DNA of 64,000 nucleotides from Cyclobacteriaceae bacterium (lineage in GTDB: Bacteria > Bacteroidota > Bacteroidia > Cytophagales > Cyclobacteriaceae): positions 4,368,505 through 4,432,504 of the forward strand of contig OZ253960.1 in assembly GCA_965267435.1 (NCBI GenBank). Reading direction: 5' to 3'. Below the pieces are notes generated by a model. It saw only the letters and a program-made list of their open reading frames with translations. It did no database searches and had not been told where the DNA came from. Below are positions 20,155 to 30,382 of the stretch, piece after piece. The position numbers were made by a program, and so were the translations under genes. Each line of letters opens with the position of its first letter. Positions within the stretch are counted from its first letter, which is position 1.

Positions 20155-20856
20155 TTAACGCTTGAACATCGATCTATTCGGCACGTAAGGAAAGGGGCAA
20201 GGAATCTTATAGAGAATATATGTGAAGGTGATGCCTCCATAGAAATACCAATCGTTGCTATTGGGATGTCCGAACTGAAATCCGTCCTTGCGGGTCTGAT
20301 CGCTGTCGGAAACGCCATCGATGTGGTCCGTAAAAGTCCCTCGGACGCCCAACTCGACACCTAGGTTGAACTGCTTACCCAACAAATGTGTCAACCCGAG
20401 CCCAAATGGTACGACGGCTTGTATTTTGTTAAAATCATCGGGAGCACTCTCAACTTTTTCCAGTCGAGACAGGCCAAATCCGGCAAAAAGGTAGGGTGAC
20501 CACCTGGTCCTTGCGTCCTTATCCCGGAAGTTGAGAAAGTAATACTCCAGAGCTCCCGAAACCTCTACGACAGAAGTACTGAAGCTCTGCTGCCGAACCT
20601 CCCCCAATGCGTCGATCGCTGGGTCGTCCTCGCCGTAAAACGAGCCAATTGCCAGCGTCGTGCGAAAACTAAAAAACTCAGTGAAGTTCATGCGATAGAT
20701 GCCATGTGCTCCAAACCGAGCCTTGAGAGGTTTGTACCCTCGAGAAAGGTCACCCGCATACGAAAATGTACCAATGCCTCCTCCGAACTCAATAAATTGA
20801 GCACTAGCCGGGGAAAGCATCCCGATCACGAGCAGGAAGAAAAGTAGTTTTTTCAA
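20155..20856 (-). CDS. DUF6089-type outer-membrane beta-barrel protein (PorG-like by synteny)
   Basis: Signal peptide MKKLLFFLLVIGMLSPASAQ and alternating beta-strand pattern, immediately upstream of uppS-bamA. As I recall it, this is the position of PG0189 (PorG) in P. gingivalis. Confidence 0.65.
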   Translation of the reverse strand: MKKLLFFLLVIGMLSPASAQFIEFGGGIGTFSYAGDLSRGYKPLKARFGAHGIYRMNFTEFFSFRTTLAIGSFYGEDDPAIDALGEVRQQSFSTSVVEVSGALEYYFLNFRDKDARTRWSPYLFAGFGLSRLEKVESAPDDFNKIQAVVPFGLGLTHLLGKQFNLGVELGVRGTFTDHIDGVSDSDQTRKDGFQFGHPNSNDWYFYGGITFTYILYKIPCPFPYVPNRSMFKR

Positions 20857-20869
20857 GTAGCCTTAAAGC

Positions 20870-21982
20870 TTATCTAAACTTGGCTGCGGTCCTAACGCCG
20901 CCGCCATTCAATATGTACGTAACGCGAATCTGGGTGATAAAGTACATGTCGTTGTCATTGGGGTTTCCTCTGACCACTCCACTATGTCCCCCATTGATTT
21001 CTCCCGCAAAATAATAAAGGGTACCATTAAAATCTTCCTGAACGAGTCGAACATTGCGCTGTTCTCCTGTGACAACAGCCTCCAGCTCGGCACTTCGGTC
21101 AGAAAAGATCCGTGCAGCCGGGTCTGTAAATCGATCCAGATCTACAAACTCGGTACTCACATCATCCAGGTAGTCCGTAAACACGTAACGATACCCGAGT
21201 TCCAATCCGACGTTGATATTCTGTCTTGGAAAAGCAATTCGCCCGCCAATTCCCAGAGGAACAGCCACTTGCCATAGGCTATAATTCTCACCGGCGATAC
21301 TTGGATCGGCGATGTTCTGGCCCTCCGTGCCTAATGGCTTGAGGTTTACCCATTCTCCGGGTATCATTCCAGCTGGCAAAGGAGCGTCAGACCCCGTCTG
21401 ATAATCGAATTTCGGGGTTTTGCCTTGTGGTTGGTGGTGGTAACCGGCAACGCCCAGGAAAACGTAGGCATTGAACGGTGGCCGCTGAGCCGGTCGGCGA
21501 TAGTTGGGTAAGACATGAAACTCTATGCCCAGTGACAACTCATTAATGAAGTTTCTGAAGCTTTGATTTCGCGTATAGCGACCAAAAGCCTGCGGGTCCG
21601 TTGTCGAAGATGTCACATCGTCACCTCGGAGAAATCCCCAATTGTAAGCTGCCCTGAACGCCATAACAGGATGGAACCTGTAGCCATACATGACTCCAAA
21701 TCCCGGCCTCGTAAAAGATATGTCCGTGCTGGCGGCTTTATTGACGGGTGCTAAATCTCCGAAGTAGTTAAATGCATTGATTCCACCTCCGATGTAGTGG
21801 TAGGGTCTGAATCGACCGGCACCTCCAAACACGCGTCCGCCGCGATATTTGGATATGCGCTTGCTGGTGGCTCTTCTGCGACGATACTTTCCTGGTCTTC
21901 TTCTTCGCTGTGCCAAAGCGTTATCTGCAATGAAAAAAAAGACAATGAATATCGCAAGAACCGTTTTTCGGTTTAAATGCAT
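20870..21982 (-). CDS. DUF6089-type outer-membrane beta-barrel protein with an Arg-rich N-terminal segment
   Basis: Start at the ATG at 21982 (MHLNRKTVLAIFIVFFFIADNALAQ). A basic stretch (RRRRPGKYRRRRATSKRISKYRGGR) is followed by a barrel-like region similar in pattern to the neighbouring gene (FGDLAP, GYRY, ITQIRVTYIL). Confidence 0.65.
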   Translation of the reverse strand: MHLNRKTVLAIFIVFFFIADNALAQRRRRPGKYRRRRATSKRISKYRGGRVFGGAGRFRPYHYIGGGINAFNYFGDLAPVNKAASTDISFTRPGFGVMYGYRFHPVMAFRAAYNWGFLRGDDVTSSTTDPQAFGRYTRNQSFRNFINELSLGIEFHVLPNYRRPAQRPPFNAYVFLGVAGYHHQPQGKTPKFDYQTGSDAPLPAGMIPGEWVNLKPLGTEGQNIADPSIAGENYSLWQVAVPLGIGGRIAFPRQNINVGLELGYRYVFTDYLDDVSTEFVDLDRFTDPAARIFSDRSAELEAVVTGEQRNVRLVQEDFNGTLYYFAGEINGGHSGVVRGNPNDNDMYFITQIRVTYILNGGGVRTAAKFR

Positions 21983-22100
21983 TTCGTTCTTTAGATAATT
22001 GAGTGGAAAAGTACTAGAAAGCACTTACCATTTGCAATAATTATAGACCAAGCGAAGGCATATCCCGACTAACTGCGAAAAATTCCGGATGCTCCAGAAT

Positions 22101-22970
22101 TTAGTTTCGACGATCAAGGCCCCAAGAAAGCTTAGCTCTTAGGGTTTCGATAAAGCTGTAACCCTCAATACGGATCATTTTTGCCTTGAAGGGAGCTTTC
22201 TTTACCGTGATCTTCACGCCGTCGTGAGTTGCTGCGGATCTGGAGTCGAGAGAGACTAAGAAGCTTAAACCGCGGCTTTCTACCTCAAAACGCAAGGTAC
22301 AGTCGTCTGATAGAACGAGAGGACGCACATTTAAATTGTGCGGGCTCACTGGTGTGATGACAAAATTGCCTGACTCAGGCATCACTATCGGTCCCCCACA
22401 ACTCAGCGAATATCCGGTCGAACCTGTGGGTGTTGAGACCATCAATCCGTCCGCCCAATAGGTGGCCAGGTAGCTGTCGTTGATATACGCAGTGACCACA
22501 ATCATGGAGCTGGTGTCCTTTCGGAGGATCGCAATCTCGTTCAGAGCGAAGTTCTGATCGAAGAGTTTCTCACTGCTCTCCAGAGAGACCATCGATCGCT
22601 CTTCGCACGTAAATTTGTCACTAAACAACCGTGACAGCGCCGGGCGAATATCCTCCCTTGCAATGTGGGCCAGGAAGCCCAATCTCCCCATATTGATCCC
22701 TAAAACTGGTATCTCAGTGGCGCCAACGTAGGTGAGCGTCTCCAGAAAAGTACCATCGCCGCCAAGGCTCAAAAAACAGTCGAATTGGTCGCTGCTCTTA
22801 ACTTCGGAAAAGCGCTCCACTCCTTGAAACAGATGGCTGTACCTGGTCGAGCAAAAAGTATCAGATACAAACATCTCCACGTTATGATCCCGCAGGACAG
22901 AGATCACTTCCTTAATGTAAGGTTCTATCTCTTGGGAAACATCACGGCCATGAATGGCTATTCGTTGCAT
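22101..22970 (-). CDS. nadK: NAD kinase
   Basis: GGDGTFL and TPTGSTGYSLSCGGPIV motifs; 289 aa. Confidence 0.93.
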   Translation of the reverse strand: MQRIAIHGRDVSQEIEPYIKEVISVLRDHNVEMFVSDTFCSTRYSHLFQGVERFSEVKSSDQFDCFLSLGGDGTFLETLTYVGATEIPVLGINMGRLGFLAHIAREDIRPALSRLFSDKFTCEERSMVSLESSEKLFDQNFALNEIAILRKDTSSMIVVTAYINDSYLATYWADGLMVSTPTGSTGYSLSCGGPIVMPESGNFVITPVSPHNLNVRPLVLSDDCTLRFEVESRGLSFLVSLDSRSAATHDGVKITVKKAPFKAKMIRIEGYSFIETLRAKLSWGLDRRN

Positions 22971-22976
22971 GGAGGT

Positions 22977-23645
22977 TCATAGTTTTAGGAAGTTCATCAG
23001 TTGGTCTAGTCGCTCTTGCTCATGTACCGAGGCACTGGACTCTGAGTAAGATTCTATGACTTTGTAGCCATTGGCCTCCAGGATGGATATGGCATAGGAA
23101 GTTTCTTCTTTGTTCAGCTTGAGTGTCAATTCCAGCTTTGATGGATCCTGGGCCTGTGACGTGATGTATGCACTTATCACTTTTGTATCGGTAGACTCGA
23201 TGAGTCTGCAAATCTGGCTTAAATGGTAGTCCCGAGAGTTGGTCTCAATGACCAAAATCGCCCCGGAACCGCTAATGGCGGAGGTCCGGGCAAAGGCCTC
23301 GACAAGGTCTTCGGTCGATACGACACCGAGATAGTGATTCGACTCATCCAAAACCGCGACCAGCTTATTGCCATGCGTGGAGGCCACCTTCAAGACATCG
23401 TAGAAATGCTGCTGATTGTATACGAAGCACTCCTTTTTATCCAACTGGAGGTCCCCAATTTTTTGTGTCCCCGCCTCGAAATCCTCCATAAAAGCCTCTT
23501 CGACCACAAAACCAAGGAATCTCTCGTCCCTCGCTACCGGCAACTCAGTCAATCGCAACTCTTCCATCCACGTGGCTGCTTTGGAAGCTTCGTCCTCTAT
23601 CTTCAGTGGGGGAATCATGTAATTGATCAGATCTTGTGCCGTCAT
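22977..23645 (-). CDS. CBS domain-containing protein
   Basis: A tandem CBS pair (LPVARDERFLGFVVEE; LVAVLDESNHYLGVVSTEDL) plus a C-terminal ACT-like tail. Start moved to the ATG at 23645 (MTAQDLINYMIPPL). Confidence 0.8.
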   Translation of the reverse strand: MTAQDLINYMIPPLKIEDEASKAATWMEELRLTELPVARDERFLGFVVEEAFMEDFEAGTQKIGDLQLDKKECFVYNQQHFYDVLKVASTHGNKLVAVLDESNHYLGVVSTEDLVEAFARTSAISGSGAILVIETNSRDYHLSQICRLIESTDTKVISAYITSQAQDPSKLELTLKLNKEETSYAISILEANGYKVIESYSESSASVHEQERLDQLMNFLKL

Positions 23646-23892
23646 ATTCTGGTCTAAGCTTATGCGAAAAACTTCTGTACAATGGTGCTGGGTTCGATAG
23701 CAGGCTCCTTTTTCAATATGCACTTCACTTCATTGGAAAAGCACAACACCTTCTTGGGAAATCCGGGATTCCATATTTCGACCAAAGGAATGGCCAATTG
23801 GTTTTGTCCCTTAGTCTCTAACGTTGGCCTACTAATCCTTGTTATCTCCAGAGCCATGTCTTTGCGATATTACTCAATATACAACATCGCTA

Positions 23893-24426
23893 TTAGACAA
23901 AATGCTCATCGTTGTTGTTTCGTTCTCTCAACTCACGAAATTCATCCATAAAGGGCAGCAAAGTCTCAATCAGATCAAATGCCTTGGGGCCAATGGCCGC
24001 TATGTGTGGGTACAGCATTGACGACCGGAGGGTCTTCTGTGGTAACTGAAACCCCACAGCACTCAGCACCCAGAGTATGATACTGAGGATAAATGCCCAT
24101 TTGAGCATCCCAATCAAGCTACCGAGCAAGCTATCCAACCAACCGAGCAAAATGAGCTGCACGGCCTTCTTGATGATCTTGGCCAGTAAATTGACAGCAA
24201 AAGAGAGCGCAAAGAACAGCAAAACAAAAACACCAACCAGGACCAGACCATACCAGGCAGAGCCTTGCGCCAATGCATCGGCCACGGGCGCGGCGAATTC
24301 AATCGCGACAAAAATCCCAAAGAAGAATGCTACCAATGAGAACAACTCGACGATCAATCCCTTATTGAACCCTTTGACCGCCGCCAGCCCCAATATTAGG
24401 ATGATAAAGATATCTATGTAATTCAT
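23893..24426 (-). CDS. cvpA: CvpA family membrane protein
   Basis: MNYIDIFIILILGLAAVKGFNKGLIVELFSL is the typical CvpA N-terminus; four TM helices. Confidence 0.85.
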   Translation of the reverse strand: MNYIDIFIILILGLAAVKGFNKGLIVELFSLVAFFFGIFVAIEFAAPVADALAQGSAWYGLVLVGVFVLLFFALSFAVNLLAKIIKKAVQLILLGWLDSLLGSLIGMLKWAFILSIILWVLSAVGFQLPQKTLRSSMLYPHIAAIGPKAFDLIETLLPFMDEFRELRERNNNDEHFV

Positions 24427-24879
24427 CTAGGCCGTTAGCAGTCGTTTGGCCACAGAGGAAATGAGTTTCCCATCAGCTTTGCCCGCCAGTTTCTTGGTGG
24501 CAGCACCCATTACCTTTCCCATGTCCTGTGGCCCCGCCGCACCGACTTGCGCAATAACGGCCTGGACCTCTTTCTCGAGTTCCTCCTCGGAAAGTTGCTT
24601 TGGTAGAAATTCCTCAATGACGACCAGCTCTTGTTTCTCCGTCTCTGCAAGATCCTCCCGACCTTGCCCCTCGTAGATTTCGATGCTATCTCTCCGTTGC
24701 TTGGCAGCTTTTTGAAGCAACTTGAGTTCGGTCTCCTCAGAAATACCCTCTCCCGCGCCCTTCTCCGTCTCCGCAAGCAGGATCGCGGACTTGATGGCTC
24801 TTAGTGCCCTCAGACGATCTTTTTCCTTTTGTAACATCGCCTGTTTGATTTCTTGTTCTACTTGCGATTTCAAGCTCAT
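24427..24879 (-). CDS. GatB/YqeY domain-containing protein
   Basis: MSLKSQVEQEIKQAMLQKEKDRLRALRAIKSAIL is the characteristic YqeY start; 150 aa. Confidence 0.88.
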   Translation of the reverse strand: MSLKSQVEQEIKQAMLQKEKDRLRALRAIKSAILLAETEKGAGEGISEETELKLLQKAAKQRRDSIEIYEGQGREDLAETEKQELVVIEEFLPKQLSEEELEKEVQAVIAQVGAAGPQDMGKVMGAATKKLAGKADGKLISSVAKRLLTA

Positions 24880-24889
24880 GATGACCAAC

Positions 24890-24897
24890 TATTTTTG
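24890..24897 (+). promoter_or_regulatory. Bacteroidota -7 promoter box (TATTTTTG) upstream of pdxJ
   Basis: Exact TAnnTTTG match, 23 nt before the ATG at 24921. Confidence 0.45.
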
Positions 24898-24920
24898 CTT
24901 CAGATTATACCCATGATCAG

Positions 24921-25634
24921 ATGACCAAACTTAGCGTAAACGTCAACAAATTTGCAACTCTGCGCAATGCTCGTGGTGGCAACAATCCAGACGTCGTGCA
25001 GGCGGCTCGCGATTGTGAAAAATTTGGAGCTGACGGTATCACAGTCCACCCAAGACCGGACGAGAGACACATCACAGGCGAGGACACCTACGCCCTCAAG
25101 GACGTCGTTACTACGGAGTACAATATTGAAGGGTACCCCGACAAGCGATACATGAAAATCATCGAAGATATACGGCCTACCCAGGCAACTCTGGTGCCGG
25201 ACGGCCCTGACGTACTCACATCCAATGCCGGATGGAACACGGTGGAGCAGGCCGACTACCTTAGGGATATTGTAGCCCAGCTCAAGTCCTCTGGTGCCCG
25301 GGTGAGCATCTTCGTCGATCCTGTGGAGCGCATGATAGAAGGGGCCGCAAAAACTGGGGCTGACCGCGTGGAGCTCTATACCGAACCCTATGCTGCCGGC
25401 TACCTGATCGACAAAGAGGAGGCTGTGCGCGACTATGTCAACGCTGCTAACGCTGCCAGAAACCTGGGCCTCGGCGTGAATGCCGGTCACGACCTGGACC
25501 TTCACAACCTGAAATACTTGAAGGAGCACCTGCCGGACCTCGACGAAGTGTCCATTGGCCATGCGCTAATCTGCGATGCCCTCTACTATGGGCTTGAAAA
25601 CATCATTCCCATGTACAAGCGACAGTTACAATGA
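24921..25634 (+). CDS. pdxJ: pyridoxine 5'-phosphate synthase
   Basis: [26 protein letters not shown] and VSIGHALI motifs. Confidence 0.95.
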   Translation: MTKLSVNVNKFATLRNARGGNNPDVVQAARDCEKFGADGITVHPRPDERHITGEDTYALKDVVTTEYNIEGYPDKRYMKIIEDIRPTQATLVPDGPDVLTSNAGWNTVEQADYLRDIVAQLKSSGARVSIFVDPVERMIEGAAKTGADRVELYTEPYAAGYLIDKEEAVRDYVNAANAARNLGLGVNAGHDLDLHNLKYLKEHLPDLDEVSIGHALICDALYYGLENIIPMYKRQLQ

Positions 25635-26386
25635 AACTGAACTTCAGAGTAATGGGCGATGGGGAACCAGTTCTGGTGCTTCACGGTGTATTCGGCTCAG
25701 CGGACAACTGGCAAACTGTCGGAAAAGAATTGGCAAAAAGCCATCGCGTCTATTTGATAGACCTGAGAAATCACGGATTATCTCCTCACGACGATGCGAT
25801 GAACTACTGGGCGATGAGTGATGATATTCATGACCTCTGCCGGTCAGAAAACATCCAGGAATGCCGCGTGATCGGTCATTCTATGGGTGGGAAAGTCGGA
25901 ATGTATTTCTCTTGCCGATTTCCGGAACTTGTTTCTCAACTGGTAGTGGTTGACATAGCTCCAAAATATTACGTACCTCACCATCAGAACATCTTTAAGG
26001 CATTTCACTCTGTCGATCTGGGGAGCATTGCATCGCGCAAGGAGGCGGATGACCAGGTCAGTGCTGTCATAGCAGACTTTGGCATTCGCCAATTCATCCT
26101 CAAGAACCTCCAAAGAACTAGTGATGGTTTCTCCTGGAAACTTAATCTCCAAGCCATCGAGCGCAGTATCGACGAACTCGGGCAGGGATTACCAGCGGAT
26201 CTGTCATTTGAGAAAAGTACTTTGTTTATCCGAGGAACCAACTCCGACTACATCAGTGGGGATGACGAGCGCCTGATACTCGACCATTTCCCTCAAGGCC
26301 GTGTCGTGGACATCAAGGCCGGTCACTGGGTGCATGCCGAAAAACCGCTGGAGGTTCTTACCTCAGTTCTTGACTTTTTCGACTAG
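25631..26386 (+). CDS. alpha/beta-fold hydrolase (YbfF-like esterase)
   Basis: HG oxyanion motif (LVLHGVFGS), nucleophile elbow GHSMGG and a C-terminal His (AGHWVHAE). Confidence 0.85.
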   Translation: MKLNFRVMGDGEPVLVLHGVFGSADNWQTVGKELAKSHRVYLIDLRNHGLSPHDDAMNYWAMSDDIHDLCRSENIQECRVIGHSMGGKVGMYFSCRFPELVSQLVVVDIAPKYYVPHHQNIFKAFHSVDLGSIASRKEADDQVSAVIADFGIRQFILKNLQRTSDGFSWKLNLQAIERSIDELGQGLPADLSFEKSTLFIRGTNSDYISGDDERLILDHFPQGRVVDIKAGHWVHAEKPLEVLTSVLDFFD

Positions 26387-26587
26387 AACCTGCGAACCAG
26401 GTAAATGATCAGACTCAAGATGACACTAAATCAAGAGGGAAGAGGTTATCGGAATATATACCTTGGTGCTGCCGGACTCAAATCTCAGGTCTCCCGGCAA
26501 TCTGCCGAGTGGCAACGATATGCCAGTTTCCACCAGGATGCCCACGATGATAAGCACTGTGCCAACGACAATCAATAACTTTCCCAT
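26383..26587 (-). pseudogene. DUF2905 family small membrane protein with an apparent +1 frameshift near the C-terminus
   Basis: ATG at 26587 gives MGKLLIVVGTVLIIVGILVETGISLPLGRLPGDLRFESGSTKVYIPITSSLLI*, with a stop at 26426. The next frame continues [14 protein letters not shown] and ends at 26383. The total length of 205 nt equals 3n+1, and the slip maps to the AAA run at 26428-26430. Confidence 0.6.
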
Positions 26588-26599
26588 TTCCGATAAGAG

Positions 26600-27316
26600 G
26601 TGAGTGTCAAAGGTAGACTTTTCTTGATCCCGACTTATCTGGACCCTTCAAATGGCCCCGAGATCATCGCACCAATGGTAAAGGATATTATTGCGGGTAC
26701 AAACCACTTCCTCGTAGAACAAGTCAGAACAGCGCGACGGTACATCAGCTCCCTAAATCTGGGCTTGGACATCAGCTCCCTTCATTTCTCCACACTTGAC
26801 AAGGACACTGATAGGAAAGACCTTCAGAGACTTATGGCCCCGCTCCTTCAAGGTGAGGACATGGGATTGATGTCTGAAGCTGGAATGCCTGGTATTGCTG
26901 ATCCTGGCAGACTGGCAGTCGACTATGCCCACCAAAAGGGGATCACAGTTGTTCCCCTGCCAGGGCCGTCCTCCATTATTCAGGCACTCATTGCATCAGG
27001 AATGGACGGACAGCGGTTCACCTTTCATGGCTACCTACCCATTGAGCGCCGCGAGCGCATCGCCAGGATGGTGGCGCTCGAAAAGGAAGTGCGTCGAACA
27101 GGGGCAACCCAGATTTTCATGGAAACACCCTATCGCAACGACAAACTGCTGGATGACCTCCTGACCCATCTCGCTGGTGAGTCGCTATTGTGTATCGCCT
27201 CTTGTATTACCGGTACTGAGGAGCTGATCAGAACACAATCGGTGAAACAGTGGAAGAGCAGCAAGCCAGACCTACACAAAAAGCCTACTATTTTTTGCCT
27301 CGGAAGCCGCCCATAG
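26600..27316 (+). CDS. SAM-dependent methyltransferase (tetrapyrrole-methylase/RsmI-like superfamily)
   Basis: GTG start. GRLFLIPTYL ... MSEAGMPGIADPG ... GPSSIIQAL fits the TP-methylase fold. Confidence 0.8.
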   Translation: MSVKGRLFLIPTYLDPSNGPEIIAPMVKDIIAGTNHFLVEQVRTARRYISSLNLGLDISSLHFSTLDKDTDRKDLQRLMAPLLQGEDMGLMSEAGMPGIADPGRLAVDYAHQKGITVVPLPGPSSIIQALIASGMDGQRFTFHGYLPIERRERIARMVALEKEVRRTGATQIFMETPYRNDKLLDDLLTHLAGESLLCIASCITGTEELIRTQSVKQWKSSKPDLHKKPTIFCLGSRP

Positions 27317-27370
27317 GTCGAAGTATTTAGGGTTTGTTCTCAGTATCAAGCACAATTCCACTAGAAACGA

Positions 27371-27378
27371 TAAATTTG
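27371..27378 (+). promoter_or_regulatory. Bacteroidota -7 promoter box (TAAATTTG) upstream of metK
   Basis: Exact TAnnTTTG match, 19 nt before the ATG at 27398. Confidence 0.45.
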
Positions 27379-27397
27379 CGCCCTAAAATAGAAATAG

Positions 27398-28651
27398 ATG
27401 TCATACTTGTTCACCTCCGAGTCCGTTTCCGAAGGCCACCCCGACAAGGTTGCCGATCAGATTTCTGATGCCCTTATTGACCACTTTCTTGCCTTTGATC
27501 CTGATTCCAAGGTCGCCTGCGAAACCCTTGTAACCACGGGTCTTGTCACCCTGGCAGGAGAAGTGAAATCCAAAAGCTACCTGGACGTCCAGCAAATTGC
27601 CCGAGATGTTATTGAGAAAATTGGCTACACGAAGAGTGAATATCAATTTGACTCTAAGTCCTGTGCCGTGCTCTCCGCTATCCACGAGCAGTCAGAGGAT
27701 ATCAACCGCGGTGTGGACCGAGACAACCCCGAAGAGCAAGGTGCCGGGGATCAGGGGATGATGTTTGGCTATGCCACAAAGGAGACCGAAAATTTTATGC
27801 CCCTGGCGCTGGATCTGTCTCATAAGATCCTCAGAGAGTTGGCGGCACTGCGACGAGAGAACAAGGACATAACTTATCTCCGACCTGATGCAAAATCGCA
27901 GGTGACAATCGAGTATGACAATCACAACCAGCCCGTAGGGATTGACGCGATCGTGGTATCAACGCAACACGATGAATTTGACAGCGATGACGAAAGTATG
28001 CTATCAAAGATCAAAGAAGACATTGTCAGCATTCTTATCCCTCGGGTAAAGGCAAAGCTGAAGCCGGAAATCCAGGCGCTATTCAATGATCAAATCAAAT
28101 ACCACATCAATCCGACCGGTAAGTTCGTTATCGGCGGGCCGCACGGTGATACCGGTCTCACTGGTCGCAAAATCATCGTCGACACATATGGAGGAAAAGG
28201 TGCACACGGAGGGGGGGCCTTCTCTGGCAAAGATCCTTCAAAAGTAGACCGCTCGGCAGCATACGCCACACGCCACATCGCAAAGAATCTCGTCGCTGCC
28301 GGGGTTGCGGACGAAGTGCTGGTACAGGTTTCATATGCCATCGGAGTAGTGGAGCCCATGGGTATCTACGTCAATACTTACGGCACGGCTAAGGTGGATC
28401 TCACCGATGGAGAGATCGCTCAAAAAGTACAAGAGATCTTCGACATGCGTCCTGTCGCCATCGAACGACGTCTGAAGCTTCGAGAACCTATTTACTCTGA
28501 AACAGCTGCCTATGGCCACATGGGTCGCGTGCCAGAATCTAAGACGATCACATTTAAATCTTCCGGCAAAGAGGTGACCAAAGAGGTCGAAACCTTTACA
28601 TGGGAGAAATTGGATTACGTGGACCAGGTCAAGAGTGCTTTCGGGCTATAA
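27398..28651 (+). CDS. metK: S-adenosylmethionine synthase
   Basis: [25 protein letters not shown] and [16 protein letters not shown] motifs. Confidence 0.97.
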   Translation: MSYLFTSESVSEGHPDKVADQISDALIDHFLAFDPDSKVACETLVTTGLVTLAGEVKSKSYLDVQQIARDVIEKIGYTKSEYQFDSKSCAVLSAIHEQSEDINRGVDRDNPEEQGAGDQGMMFGYATKETENFMPLALDLSHKILRELAALRRENKDITYLRPDAKSQVTIEYDNHNQPVGIDAIVVSTQHDEFDSDDESMLSKIKEDIVSILIPRVKAKLKPEIQALFNDQIKYHINPTGKFVIGGPHGDTGLTGRKIIVDTYGGKGAHGGGAFSGKDPSKVDRSAAYATRHIAKNLVAAGVADEVLVQVSYAIGVVEPMGIYVNTYGTAKVDLTDGEIAQKVQEIFDMRPVAIERRLKLREPIYSETAAYGHMGRVPESKTITFKSSGKEVTKEVETFTWEKLDYVDQVKSAFGL

Positions 28652-29357
28652 GTACATCCTGATCCTCAGCGGTCTTTGGCTCGCGAGCTGCTCTGCGGGA
28701 GTCAAAGATCAGCCAGTGGCTATCATCGACGAAAGCAAGCTGCAAGCGGGTTTCCTGTTAATAGACGGTGTCTATAACTCGGAGCTGATGGCTCCCTACG
28801 ACATCTTTCAGCACACCGTCTTCCATACGGAGGGTGGCATCGAAGTATTCACGGTCAGTCCTACAAAGAATCCCATCACAACTTTTGAGGGGCTTAGAAT
28901 ATTGCCTGATTATACGTTTGACGAGCACCCGGATATTGACATTCTTGTAGTGGCCAGTGCAGAGCATAATATGGATAGCGACCTCGAGAATGAGGAGTTG
29001 ATCTCATTCGTTCGGCGAGTCGGTGAATCGGCAGACTACGTAATGTCTTTGTGCGACGGCGCATTTGTATTAGCCAAGGCTGGTCTGGTAGAAGGCAAAG
29101 TCTCTACAACTTTCCCCTCGGATATAGGGCGCTATCGTCAAATGTTCCCTGACCTTGATGTGAGGGAAGACCTTTCGTTCGTCCACGATGGAAAACTGCT
29201 GACCTCTGCCGGGGGAGCAAAGTCGTACGACGTCGCACTGTACCTTGTTGATGAATTGTACGGCGACAGTGTCGCCAAGGGAGTTGGCCGCGGACTGGTG
29301 ATCGACTGGGACCTTGCCAGTTACGAGTACTTCAAGGAAGAAAGCCTAGAAAATTAG
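28635..29357 (+). CDS. DJ-1/PfpI family lipoprotein
   Basis: GTG start overlapping the metK end. Lipobox LWLASC and nucleophile-elbow context [14 protein letters not shown]. Confidence 0.8.
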   Translation: MLSGYKYILILSGLWLASCSAGVKDQPVAIIDESKLQAGFLLIDGVYNSELMAPYDIFQHTVFHTEGGIEVFTVSPTKNPITTFEGLRILPDYTFDEHPDIDILVVASAEHNMDSDLENEELISFVRRVGESADYVMSLCDGAFVLAKAGLVEGKVSTTFPSDIGRYRQMFPDLDVREDLSFVHDGKLLTSAGGAKSYDVALYLVDELYGDSVAKGVGRGLVIDWDLASYEYFKEESLEN

Positions 29358-30362
29358 CTTGTCGTAGTCGCCGCCGAAGGAAACGTGCTTCACGCCATCC
29401 TGCTTAAGGAAATCATGCGGGAATCCCAACTCAATAGCACTGACATCATCCAATTTCTCCATGGCCGCCTTTGGGATTTCTATTTCCGCGGCTTTGAGAC
29501 TGTCCTGTATCTGCTCCAATTTCCTGGCACCGACGATTGGAATTGATTGCGACGGGTGCTGCATGGTCCATCGCGTTGCCAATTGGGCAGGACTGACTCC
29601 CAACTCCTGAGCAAGGTCGACGACCGTCTGTGCAATCCTGTTACTGCGCTCACTTCGGCGTGCGCTTTCCTCCTTCACCCGGCCAGCGTCTCCACCTTTG
29701 AGATATTTGCCGGTGAGCGCTCCTCCACCTAATGGCGCCCAAGGCGTCAGGGTAAGCCCCAAGGCATCTGCCATAGGGATCAAGTCGCGTTCAGGCGTTC
29801 GCTGGAGCAAGCTGTACTCGACCTGAAGTCCAATAAATTTCGACCACCCGCGAAACTCTGCAATCGTATTAGCTCTCGAGACAATCCATGCAGGTGTGTC
29901 GGAAATGCCAATGTAGTGCACCTTTCCCTGGCTGACCAGATCCTCTAGCCCCTTCATGACTTCTTCTACGGGCGTAGTGCCGTCCCACATGTGTACCCAC
30001 AAGAGATCGATCGATTCCATTCGCAGCCGATTCAGACTCTCCTCCACGCTCCGCATCATGTTCTTCCGATGATTGCCAGCATAGTTCAAGTCGTTCGGTT
30101 TGTCAAAGAGCGTATACTTTGTCGCCACCACGAAGTGATCCCGATCGGACTTGACAAATTCTCCAACATATTTTTCGCTCGTGCCTTCAGTGTATCTATT
30201 GGCGGTGTCGATGAAGTTGCCTCCTAAGTTGGCATAGTAATCGAAAATCGCCTTACTCGTGCGTTTATCAGCTCCCCAGCCCCATTCCTCTCCAAAGGTC
30301 ATGGTCCCTAAACAGATCTCGGAAACCCTCAATCCTGAATTACCCAGTAGTCTATATTTCAT
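29346..30362 (-). CDS. aldo/keto reductase
   Basis: MKYRLLGNSGLRVSEICLGTMTFG, FIDTANRY and GARKLEQ motifs; 338 aa. Confidence 0.9.
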   Translation of the reverse strand: MKYRLLGNSGLRVSEICLGTMTFGEEWGWGADKRTSKAIFDYYANLGGNFIDTANRYTEGTSEKYVGEFVKSDRDHFVVATKYTLFDKPNDLNYAGNHRKNMMRSVEESLNRLRMESIDLLWVHMWDGTTPVEEVMKGLEDLVSQGKVHYIGISDTPAWIVSRANTIAEFRGWSKFIGLQVEYSLLQRTPERDLIPMADALGLTLTPWAPLGGGALTGKYLKGGDAGRVKEESARRSERSNRIAQTVVDLAQELGVSPAQLATRWTMQHPSQSIPIVGARKLEQIQDSLKAAEIEIPKAAMEKLDDVSAIELGFPHDFLKQDGVKHVSFGGDYDKLIF

Positions 30363-30382
30363 CGGTCATTCTTAAAATTCTT

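Noticed and set aside
24900-25562. Long antisense ORFs opposite well-supported genes. Examples: 24900..25562 opposite pdxJ; 43425..44102 opposite the acyl-CoA dehydrogenase; 5501..6154 opposite mrdA; 54004..54669 opposite ileS; 46946..47482 opposite glyQS; and 38503..39099 and 36624..37208 opposite nusA/rimP/infB.
   Set aside because: Each lies entirely within a gene that has clear family motifs on the other strand. Their products are low-complexity or Arg/Ser/His-rich with no recognisable motif. They are shadow ORFs produced by codon bias.
27317-27397. Possible SAM riboswitch upstream of metK.
   Set aside because: Only 80 nt are available, and they hold a -7 promoter box 19 nt before the ATG. 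I could not find SAM-I or SAM-II core sequences, for example the AAAGCU triplex-forming segments.
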